DNA from: Promethearchaeota archaeon
GTDB lineage: Archaea; Asgardarchaeota; Thorarchaeia; Thorarchaeales; Thorarchaeaceae
Assembly: GCA_048939765.1 (NCBI GenBank)
Contig: JBHLPF010000002.1
Coordinates: forward strand, 1-64,000
Direction: 5' to 3'
Length of the DNA: 64,000 bases
Shown here: positions 28,045 to 36,487 of the stretch, piece after piece
Layout of the letters: each line of letters opens with the position of its first letter
How positions within the stretch are numbered: position 1 is the first letter of the stretch
Position numbers and translations under genes: made by a program
The notes under the pieces: model-generated
Database searches by the model: none
What the model was told of the DNA's origin: nothing
What the model saw: only the letters and a program-made list of their open reading frames with translations

Positions 28045-28617
28045 CGTATCACCAAGACAAGTCTTGAATTGAGTATATATAATGAAGATGAAGAAGAGTG
28101 CTGAATTCCGCCTGCTAGAAGCCCCCATAGTCCTCCTAGGGCTAATAGAACCTTCATGATGCTTCAAATTGTCCCGTGGAAACACAATAGTTGGATACAA
28201 CGAGCATCTAGGGAACACCCTGAGGGGCTATTATCAGAAGAAGGTTCTCTTTGGAAACTAGTTCTTGATTCGCTGCGGCAGAACAATCTCAATTTCAGAG
28301 AGATCATGCGTCCTGTCAACATAATCCCTTGATTTCATCCGTGTAAGATATGCCCGCGTGTATAGCCGCCTGCACTTCATCTGCGTCTCCCGCATCGGAT
28401 GTTATCCCTGTAATATATGAGGTCACCTATTTGAAATAGTTAAGTCTGGGACTCGAAAATGGTTTGGCGCCAATCAATGCATGTAAAACTCTCGAGAATA
28501 GAGGTAGCAGCTGTTTTTGGCCTCTAGCGATACCCTAATTGCCAGCTTCGTGTTCCCTTCCATCGCCTGCTGAGGGGAAAGACTTGTCCAGACTGGAAAA
28601 GGTCTGGTCAGGAGGAA

Positions 28618-28992
28618 TTGAGATTGACGAATATTGACGCAGATGATACTTATCTTCACAGGCTCGGTAAGCTGACGCCTATCTACATAATTGCGCTAAT
28701 GACTACCGTAGAGGGATTGTTGACTCCATTTGCCACACTGAACGTTCCCTTTCAAGTCACAGCAGTCGTGATGGTTCTCATTGCAGCAATTGTGCTGTTC
28801 TGGCATTTTGAGATTCGAGATCAGAAGGTCGATCTTCGACCCCAACTTGTCATTGCATTCGTGACATCGATGCTCTACATCATTCTATCAAGTATAAGAA
28901 TCTTGGACATTAGCTTGGGAGACTTGAACTACATAGTCTTGCTTGGGGTAGGGCTCTGGACGTTTGTCACACCCATGATCGTCAAAGGCTGA
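28618..28992 (+). CDS. Small four-TM hypothetical membrane protein
   Basis: GGAGG at 28611-28615; hydrophobic helices; D.Y..RL.KL.P pattern. Confidence 0.6.
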   Translation: MRLTNIDADDTYLHRLGKLTPIYIIALMTTVEGLLTPFATLNVPFQVTAVVMVLIAAIVLFWHFEIRDQKVDLRPQLVIAFVTSMLYIILSSIRILDISLGDLNYIVLLGVGLWTFVTPMIVKG

Positions 28993-29058
28993 AAACCGCT
29001 TGAGATAGCAGCATCCTGATATAGCTAAACCGTCCCAGGTACATGTGGCGCATCCATA

Positions 29059-29709
29059 ATGGCGACCATACTGATGAAGCTATCAGAGGATAGAGCAGCA
29101 ACTCAGTACGATAGATGGATATCTCTCCTCACATTAAGACAGGACACGTCACTCAGGAATTATGTCATCGGCCATCTCTTGCCTGGGAAAGGCACCTTGC
29201 TTGATGTGGGCTGTGGTACAGGGAAACTCCTAGTGGAAGCTGGACGACGAGGAATGCGAGGAGTTGGAGTAGATACTAATAGAGAGATGCTCCAGATTGC
29301 TAAAGAACACGTCAAGAGGCACAATTTGACAAGACGTATCCATCTCAAATATGGAGATGCCACCTCACTGGAGTTTGATGATGGAGCTTTTGATGTAGTA
29401 GTGAGCACTTTGATGGTCAGCGAACTACAGTCAAGACAACTGAAGGCATTCTTGAGAGAGGCGGCAAGAGTGGTTGCTCCCGGAGGGCAGGTCGTTATTG
29501 GAGGCGAGGGAATTCCAGAGAGTAAACTCATGGGACCTTTCTTCGGACTGATACGGAGCTTCGGCTTTAGATTGGTTTCACGATGGAGTGATATTGAATC
29601 TCATCCCCATCACAATCTTCCTGCAGCAATGAGTTCTGTTGGTCTGAATCCCAGGTATAAGGTGATTCTGATGGGGGGTCTCTTCGAGTTGTTCGTGGCG
29701 GAGGCATGA
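29059..29709 (+). CDS. Class I SAM-dependent methyltransferase (corrinoid-protein-associated, CpaM-like)
   Basis: LDVGCGTG, GVD, GDA..L.F.DGAFDVVVS..MVSEL, RVVAPGG; stop overlaps the next ATG (ATGA). Confidence 0.85.
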   Translation: MATILMKLSEDRAATQYDRWISLLTLRQDTSLRNYVIGHLLPGKGTLLDVGCGTGKLLVEAGRRGMRGVGVDTNREMLQIAKEHVKRHNLTRRIHLKYGDATSLEFDDGAFDVVVSTLMVSELQSRQLKAFLREAARVVAPGGQVVIGGEGIPESKLMGPFFGLIRSFGFRLVSRWSDIESHPHHNLPAAMSSVGLNPRYKVILMGGLFELFVAEA

Positions 29710-30692
29710 AATTGAAGAAGGGTTGGAAGTACTACGCGTGTCTACTTGGTTCACAGCTGATGTGGCCCGCGTTAGCCATTAAATCACCGCAAGGTCTATT
29801 CTCCTTTAATGAAGCGGACGCTGACTCACCGGTGCTCATCACCACTAATTACTATATGACCGTGTTCAGAGTGACTCAGGAGATTCAGAAGCAGAACCTG
29901 AGATGCCATCTTCTCGTTGTTGATGGTCATGGAATTAATGTGTGGTGTGGAAGCAGAGGAGGTCATGTGAACACTGACTCTGTACTATCCGCGATAAGCT
30001 CAACCAAGCTGGAGAGTATTGTTTCTCATAGAAATCTCATCCTCCCTCAACTAGCGGCAAGCTCAGTTTCAAAGGCTGTTCTATCCGACAACGGCTGGCA
30101 TGCTGTCTTTGGACCCGTAGATATCGTGGACGTCGCTGAGTTCATCGAAAATGAAAACAAGAAGTCGCTCGAACAAAGTGTTGCTAAATTCGATATCCAC
30201 AAGCGAATGGAGTGCAACCTTGCTCATCTCATCTTTGAAACCACGATGTTTCTGTTTATGACACCCATTTTCTGGGCACTCGGTCTAATGGGTGGCGTCT
30301 TCCTGTCCTGGTCCAACTATTGGATGGCAAATCTTCTACTGTTACTTCTTGGAGTATGGATTCTGGGCACCGCTATGGCAATTGTTGATCCAAAGATGCC
30401 AACATCTTCTGGTTATGTGAGGGGTGCGATTATTGGAGTACTGGCACTGATTATATGGAAGACTGCTCTATTAACCATGGCATTCCTTTCAAACACGGTG
30501 ATTTCGCAATGGGCCTGGCTGGACACAAGCGGAATCACGGTGTTGGGTCTATCCTTATTTGTGGGCTTCAATTGGGGCGGTGCTACGCCTCAACTAGGTG
30601 AAGACCAGATGACTCGTGATATAATCGCAGGCATTGGAACACTGATTGTTCTCTTTATTCTGGGGTTCTACTTCCCTGTGGGTATCTTTTGA
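29706..30692 (+). CDS. HgcA-like corrinoid-binding membrane protein (CdhD/CFeSP-like domain plus TM helices) with a non-canonical cap helix
   Basis: SPVLITTNYYMT, LLVVDGHGINVWCGSRGG, SHRNLILPQLAA, VFGPV, followed by about five TM helices. Confidence 0.82.
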   Translation: MKLKKGWKYYACLLGSQLMWPALAIKSPQGLFSFNEADADSPVLITTNYYMTVFRVTQEIQKQNLRCHLLVVDGHGINVWCGSRGGHVNTDSVLSAISSTKLESIVSHRNLILPQLAASSVSKAVLSDNGWHAVFGPVDIVDVAEFIENENKKSLEQSVAKFDIHKRMECNLAHLIFETTMFLFMTPIFWALGLMGGVFLSWSNYWMANLLLLLLGVWILGTAMAIVDPKMPTSSGYVRGAIIGVLALIIWKTALLTMAFLSNTVISQWAWLDTSGITVLGLSLFVGFNWGGATPQLGEDQMTRDIIAGIGTLIVLFILGFYFPVGIF

Positions 30693-30703
30693 GGTGAGAA
30701 TTA

Positions 30704-30928
30704 ATGATAATCTATGATTACAAAGCCTGTTCAGGGTGCAGAGAGTGCTTGAATGTGTGTCCAAGGGGCGTCTGGGGCTTCATTGAGAGCACCAAGAAGG
30801 CGGATCTTGTCAATCCCAAGAAATGTATTGATTGTACTTCCTGCGAGTTTCAGTGTCCAGTGCGCGCTATCCGGATTGAGAGAGCTCTCATTCCAAGGAG
30901 CCCGCGTATTATAGGCTTGCCCGAATAA
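30704..30928 (+). CDS. 2x[4Fe-4S] ferredoxin in the HgcB position
   Basis: CSGCRECLNVCP and CIDCTSCEFQCP; GAGGTGA Shine-Dalgarno upstream. Confidence 0.88.
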   Translation: MIIYDYKACSGCRECLNVCPRGVWGFIESTKKADLVNPKKCIDCTSCEFQCPVRAIRIERALIPRSPRIIGLPE

Positions 30929-31030
30929 TCCGAGCCTATCATCTGTGAATTCAGATTTCTTTGTCCGATAACAAACATTTTATCATGCTATTCAACCGAT
31001 GCGCATTGTTACGTCGGAGTGGACTAACGA

Positions 31031-34000
31031 ATGGCCGAGTCTGCTACAAAGCCAGTTGTTATCATAGGCGCGGGTATTGCAGGAATGCGTGCTGCACTTG
31101 ATCTTGCTGACATGGGTGTCCAAGTCTTTATGGTCGAGAAGAATCCTTCAATAGGAGGTCATATGTCCCAACTGGACAAGACGTTTCCCACGCTTGACTG
31201 TTCAATGTGCATTCAAGGTCCATGGATGGTCGATTGTTCTCGTCATCGCAATATAGAGCTACTAGCTTATTCTGAAGTCACTGATGTCTCCGGAGGCCCT
31301 GGTGACTTCATGGTCAAGGTTCTGAAGCATACAAGAAGGGTGGACCTCGACAAGTGTACTGGGTGCGGTGACTGCGAGCGTGTCTGTCCCATTGAAGTCA
31401 GAAACGAGTATGACATGGGACTGAAAATGCGGAAGGCAGCCTATATTCCATTTCCACAGGCTGTACCAAACATCGCCACCATTGACATTGAAAACTGCAT
31501 TGAGTGCATGACTTGTGTCAAGACCTGCAAGGCGGAGGCTATCGACTTCGAGATTTCCGATGAGGTTGTCAATATCAATGCTGGATCGGTAATCATTGCG
31601 ACTGGATATGACTTGCTTGATGCGGCATCAGTCCCAGAGTACGGGTATGGACGATTTCCGAATGTTATAACGGCACTGGAATATGAAAGAATGGTTTCAG
31701 CCAGCGGTCCAACGAAAGGTATTGTGATGCGACCATCGGACGGGAAAGAGCCTCATCGAATTGCGTTTATTCAATGTGTAGGTAGCCGAGATGTAAACCA
31801 CTGTGCATATTGTTCGAGAATCTGCTGCACTTATGCTACCAAAGAAGCGATCATCACCAAAGAGCATACTCCTGAGGTCCATATTGATATTCTCTACAAT
31901 GACATTCGAGCATTTGGGAAGGGCTTCGAAGAGTTCGTGGTGAGAGGAGAAACAGAATACGGGATCAACTATGTCAAGGGACTGCCTAGCTATATCACTG
32001 AGGAACCTGAAACCCAAAACCTGATTGTACGACACAGTGATGCAAAAGGTCATGAGGTCCTGAAGGACAGCTACGACCTTGCCGTTCTCTGTCCTGCTAT
32101 GGTACCAAACAAGAACTCCGAACTGATGGAGAAGTTGGGAATAAAGGTAGACCAATACGGATTCATTGAAGGCAAGGGTGATGGGATTGACTCTGTCCAG
32201 ACAGGGGTTCCTGGTGTGCACATGTGTGGAGCCTGTAATTTTCCCAAGGACATCCCTGATTCCGTAGCCCAGGGGAGCGCAGCAGCTGCAATGGCCGCCA
32301 TGGATATCGTTCTGCCAGAGGCCTCAGAGAGCGAGGCTCTTACTGAAGCAGATTTGGAACTCATTGCTGCTGAGCCCCGAATTGGTGTAATAATATGTTC
32401 ATGCGGCATCAACATCGCTGGGACAGTTGATGTTGCAGAAGTCACAGATTATGCAAGTACCCTTCCCGGTGTAGTCTATGCTAAGAATCTTCTCTACTCA
32501 TGTTCATCAGACGCCCAAGACGTCATCAAGGACGCCATAAAGGAACATAACCTCAACCGTTTGGTAGTCGCCTCTTGCACACCTCGAACGCATGAGCCTT
32601 TGTTCCGAGCCACTATCGAAGAGGCTGGCCTCAACAAATATCTGTTCGAGCTCGCGAACATCAGAGAACATTGTTCATGGGTGCATCAGGCTGCAAAGGA
32701 CGAAGCGACCTCCAAAGCAAATGACCTTGTAAGAATGTCTGTTGCACGAGCGAGACTGCTTGAAGCCCAGGAGGAAGCCGTCAGCCAGATTGAGCCAACC
32801 GTTCTAGTCATTGGTGCTGGCGTTTCTGGAATGGCTGCAGCTGACCTCATCGCTCAGAAAGGTTTCAAGGTACTCATTGTTGAGAAGGATGACAAGGTTG
32901 GAGGCTTTCTGAATGAGCTGCGGACAGTCAACTTTGACCATCGCCCGAGTGTGGAAGTGGTAAGTGAGTTCGAGGCGGCAGTTACAGGTAATCCGAATAT
33001 TGAACTGATGCTTAATTCCGAGATAGTTGATGCAAAAGGGTCGATCGGCGATTTTGACATCACCATCAAGACTGGGAAGCAAAAGCAAGAGGTCAAGGTC
33101 GGTGTCGTCATCGTAGCCACAGGTGCTACCGAACTCGTTGAAAAAGGCCTCTACGGCCTGAAGAAGCTGGACAACGTCATCACTGAGGTCGAGTTCAATC
33201 ACAAGATAGCAGACGGTGAAGGAATTGAAGATGGTCAGACCTTTGCCGTCATACATTGCGCCGGATCTCGTGAGGAGGAGTCACTCGAAGGCGCCCGAAC
33301 CTGGTGTTCCGGGATCTGCTGTACAATCGCCTTAGAACACACACTAGAACTTCTTGACAAGTATCCCAATTCTAGGGTCTTCCATCTCTATCGTGACATC
33401 AGAGTGTCCTATGAGGACGAGGACAAATACAGAGAGGCTCGAGAGAAGGGAGTTGTGTTTCTCAGATTTGATCAGGCTAGTCCACCAAATGTGAAGAAAG
33501 GCAAGGACAAGGCGCTACGAGTAGAGGTCATGGACCAGGTTTTCGGTGCCGAGGTGGCATTTGATGTTGACCATGTTGTTCTCTCAACTGCCATGATTCC
33601 ACGAGAGAAGAACAAGGAGATCTCTGAGATTTTCAAAGTCCCACTCAACATGTCGGGGTTCTTCATGGAAGCACATCCCAAACTCCGACCAGTAGATTTC
33701 CAGACAGATGGAGTCTTTGTTGCAGGGACTGCCACTGCTCCAAAGACAATTGCTGAATCCGTGGCTCAGGGTCGAGGTGCTGCATCAAGAGCACTGATTC
33801 CCTTGGCTAGCGGTATCCGGAAGGCTGAGGCCATCGTTTCTGTAGTTGATCCTGAGGTCTGTGTTGGCTGCGGCACATGTGAGATAAACTGTGCCTACAA
33901 TGCTATCGAAGTCGTACCTGGGGACGGCGGTTCTGACTATGCGGTATCCAATCCAGTTCTGTGCGCGGGCTGTGGTAAGTGTGCTGCTGGATGCCCCGCT

Positions 34001-34489
34001 GGAGCCATCACAATGAAGCACTTCACTGACGACCAGATACTGGCTCAAATTCGTTCGGCTTTGGAGGACATGCCCGCCACAGCGTCGAGGATAGTGACGG
34101 TTCTCTGTAACTGGTGCTCCTATGCTGGGGCCGACAGTGCAGGTGTTTCGAGGTTTCAACAGCCTACAACGGTCCGTGACATCCGGGTGATGTGCACAGG
34201 CAGAGTCAGTGTGGCTCACATGCTGGAGGCTTTCAGACTAGGTGCTGACATGGTGTGGATTTCGGGCTGCCACTTTGGAGACTGTCACTATGTCGATGGG
34301 AACGTGTCCTTTGAGCGAAGGTTTGCCATTGCAAGGAAGATCCTTGAGAAAGCAGGTCTGGAGCCTGAGCGACTCCAGTTCACTCAGATAAGTGCAAGCG
34401 AAGGTCCAATCTGGGCGGAGACCGTGAAGAAGCTGACAGAGATTGCAGACAAACTGGGCCCAAGCCCGCTCAGACCAAGGAGGCGATAA
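31031..34489 (+). CDS. hdrA: Double-module HdrA fused to a C-terminal MvhD
   Basis: Two GAGxxG FAD sites, KTFPTLDCSMC, QCVGSR...CSRICC, second module from RIGVIICSCG.NI, ferredoxin motifs, MvhD CNWCSY/RVMCTGRV/GCHFGDCHY. Confidence 0.92.
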   Translation: MAESATKPVVIIGAGIAGMRAALDLADMGVQVFMVEKNPSIGGHMSQLDKTFPTLDCSMCIQGPWMVDCSRHRNIELLAYSEVTDVSGGPGDFMVKVLKHTRRVDLDKCTGCGDCERVCPIEVRNEYDMGLKMRKAAYIPFPQAVPNIATIDIENCIECMTCVKTCKAEAIDFEISDEVVNINAGSVIIATGYDLLDAASVPEYGYGRFPNVITALEYERMVSASGPTKGIVMRPSDGKEPHRIAFIQCVGSRDVNHCAYCSRICCTYATKEAIITKEHTPEVHIDILYNDIRAFGKGFEEFVVRGETEYGINYVKGLPSYITEEPETQNLIVRHSDAKGHEVLKDSYDLAVLCPAMVPNKNSELMEKLGIKVDQYGFIEGKGDGIDSVQTGVPGVHMCGACNFPKDIPDSVAQGSAAAAMAAMDIVLPEASESEALTEADLELIAAEPRIGVIICSCGINIAGTVDVAEVTDYASTLPGVVYAKNLLYSCSSDAQDVIKDAIKEHNLNRLVVASCTPRTHEPLFRATIEEAGLNKYLFELANIREHCSWVHQAAKDEATSKANDLVRMSVARARLLEAQEEAVSQIEPTVLVIGAGVSGMAAADLIAQKGFKVLIVEKDDKVGGFLNELRTVNFDHRPSVEVVSEFEAAVTGNPNIELMLNSEIVDAKGSIGDFDITIKTGKQKQEVKVGVVIVATGATELVEKGLYGLKKLDNVITEVEFNHKIADGEGIEDGQTFAVIHCAGSREEESLEGARTWCSGICCTIALEHTLELLDKYPNSRVFHLYRDIRVSYEDEDKYREAREKGVVFLRFDQASPPNVKKGKDKALRVEVMDQVFGAEVAFDVDHVVLSTAMIPREKNKEISEIFKVPLNMSGFFMEAHPKLRPVDFQTDGVFVAGTATAPKTIAESVAQGRGAASRALIPLASGIRKAEAIVSVVDPEVCVGCGTCEINCAYNAIEVVPGDGGSDYAVSNPVLCAGCGKCAAGCPAGAITMKHFTDDQILAQIRSALEDMPATASRIVTVLCNWCSYAGADSAGVSRFQQPTTVRDIRVMCTGRVSVAHMLEAFRLGADMVWISGCHFGDCHYVDGNVSFERRFAIARKILEKAGLEPERLQFTQISASEGPIWAETVKKLTEIADKLGPSPLRPRRR

Positions 34490-34492
34490 GAG

Positions 34493-35011
34493 ATGACAGA
34501 GTCGTGGGGTCAGTTCAAATCATTTGAGGGCAAGAAGCTCGAGGCTCTGGATGCAGAGTTCACAAAGGAGGTTTCCAACCTACTTGGTGGGGCGGATCTC
34601 ACAGCATGCTTCCAGTGTGCCAAGTGCAGTGCAGGCTGTCCGGTGAGTGACAAAGTCAACATTCAGGTCCACGAGTTAATGCGAATGCTTCTCTTCGGAC
34701 TCCAGGAGGTCCTAGACACCGACATGGTATGGTTGTGCACGACCTGCTATACCTGTCAGGAGCGATGTCCACAAGGCATAGAGATCACTGACATCATCTT
34801 TGGCCTAAAGAACATGGCATTCAAGAAGAAGATAGCTCCGCCCGGTTATGTCGCCGCTAGGAAGTCATTGTATGACAACGGGAAATTGTACGAGCCTACT
34901 GAATGGGAACGTGAGGACCTAGACCTCGATGACGTGCCGGAGTTGAATGTAGAGGACACGCGAAAAGTCCTGGACAAGATGGGTCTGATGAAGTTGGAGG
35001 AGGATGAGTGA
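34493..35011 (+). CDS. hdrC: Heterodisulfide reductase subunit C (copy 3)
   Basis: CFQCAKCSAGCP, WLCTTCYTCQERCPQ. Confidence 0.9.
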   Translation: MTESWGQFKSFEGKKLEALDAEFTKEVSNLLGGADLTACFQCAKCSAGCPVSDKVNIQVHELMRMLLFGLQEVLDTDMVWLCTTCYTCQERCPQGIEITDIIFGLKNMAFKKKIAPPGYVAARKSLYDNGKLYEPTEWEREDLDLDDVPELNVEDTRKVLDKMGLMKLEEDE

Positions 35012-35888
35012 GATGACCCAGAGCTACGAGGTGTTCCTAGGGTGCGCAATCCCCAACCGCTTCAACAACTATGAGGCATCGATGCGTGCAGTGGCCAAGG
35101 AACTCGGTGTGAAACTCATCGACTTCGAAGGCGCATCATGTTGTGGTACAGTGGTCCTGAAGTCGATTGATGAGAATAGCTGGCTCTCCATGTCAGGCAG
35201 GAACATTGCTCTGGCTGAGAGTAGAGGTCATGATATCGTGACCCCATGTAACGGCTGCTTTGGTTCACTCAAAGACACGGATCATGTACTGCATGATGAC
35301 GAGACCTATCGAAAGAAAGTCAACAGCGCCTTGAAATCACTAGGACTTGAATACACAGGAAAGACCAAGATACGCCATTTTGTCGAGGTCCTCTATGACA
35401 TGAAAGACGACATAAAGGCAAAGATTGTGCGACCGCTCACCGGGCTCAGAATCGCCTTTCATCCTGGCTGTCATCTGATTCGACCATCAAACGTAGCAGG
35501 CTTTGATGATCCAGAACTCCCAAGAAAGGTAGATGAACTCCTTGAACTCACTGGTGCGCAAAGCGTTCCATGGGGTGCAAAACTCAATTGTTGTGGATCT
35601 CCTCTCTTGATCGCAAGTGAAGAAGTGGCAACAGACGTTCTGAAGGACAAGATGATCTCTGCGAAAGAAGGGAGAGCCAATGTTCTCGTGACCAACTGTC
35701 CAGCTTGCCATACACAGTTCGATGTACAGTTGATTGGGATGAAGGATGACAATGGTGAGTCTCTCGAACTCCCAGCTATGTTTGTCACTCAGATTCTTGG
35801 GCTAGCGATGGGTCTTGACCATGAACAGCTCGGCCTCGAACTGAACAGAATCTCTTTGGACCCAATCAGTGATATACTTGGAATCTAG
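35004..35888 (+). CDS. hdrB: Heterodisulfide reductase subunit B (copy 3)
   Basis: FLGC, CCG, PCNGC, HPGCH, CCG, NCPAC. Confidence 0.9.
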   Translation: MSEMTQSYEVFLGCAIPNRFNNYEASMRAVAKELGVKLIDFEGASCCGTVVLKSIDENSWLSMSGRNIALAESRGHDIVTPCNGCFGSLKDTDHVLHDDETYRKKVNSALKSLGLEYTGKTKIRHFVEVLYDMKDDIKAKIVRPLTGLRIAFHPGCHLIRPSNVAGFDDPELPRKVDELLELTGAQSVPWGAKLNCCGSPLLIASEEVATDVLKDKMISAKEGRANVLVTNCPACHTQFDVQLIGMKDDNGESLELPAMFVTQILGLAMGLDHEQLGLELNRISLDPISDILGI

Positions 35889-35911
35889 AATGGTCAATCT
35901 TGATAGTGATA

Positions 35912-36487
35912 CTATTTCTTTAGCTTGCTATCTCCATAGAATAACTCACCAAGTCGTTTCATAGCATCCCTAACGCAATCCTTCTTCCCGCTTACTTGCA
36001 GATGTCGATCGCCGTCCAAGGAGATGAGGACTCCACAGTCTTCAGCCAATTCTGATATGATCTCAACTGGAATCTCGTCCGGCAGCCTGATTCTGAAGAA
36101 GCCAATGTCCTTCTCCCTAGGTATATCGGAGATTGGAGTCTTCTCCTCCTCGACATATTTGGATTCCCCTTCCAGGGCCCGCTGAAACCTGTCTTCCCAG
36201 ACCTGTCTGTATCCGGTGCCCTCCCTGTCCTCAGCCCACACCATCATGGTTTCGCGGAGTCTTAGGATTTTTGTTTCCATCTCAATCCGGAGTTTCTCAT
36301 CTGCATGATCTGAGGCTCTGAGGTCACCCTCAAAACTTGAGAGATACTCTAAGACCATCTTTGAGTTGCGCAGATCTGCATAGGTCAGGTCGGGTATAAA
36401 CACCTCCTTCTCTCGCAGTTCCCCAAGAAGGTCGTTCAAAACGGTCCACGCTGCACGAAGACCGTCTAGGTTCACCAAGGTGCTCAC
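35912..36487 (-). CDS. DUF2096-family protein
   Basis: W.VL.DL..EL, DLR..K, C-terminal E..GV......HL.V.G.K..V..A.K pattern; overlaps the hdrA stop. Confidence 0.65.
   Translation of the reverse strand: MSTLVNLDGLRAAWTVLNDLLGELREKEVFIPDLTYADLRNSKMVLEYLSSFEGDLRASDHADEKLRIEMETKILRLRETMMVWAEDREGTGYRQVWEDRFQRALEGESKYVEEEKTPISDIPREKDIGFFRIRLPDEIPVEIISELAEDCGVLISLDGDRHLQVSGKKDCVRDAMKRLGELFYGDSKLKK

Noticed and set aside
28250-28430. Short minus-strand ORFs (e.g. MKCRRLYTRAYLTRMKSRDYVD...) in the long intergenic gap
   Set aside because: Under 50 aa with no recognisable motif; could be a gene remnant but cannot be supported
29706-30928. Calling these genes bona fide mercury-methylation hgcA/hgcB
   Set aside because: The cap helix is NVWCGSRG rather than NVWCAAGK, and the ferredoxin lacks the ECGAC motif and terminal cysteines; gene symbols withheld
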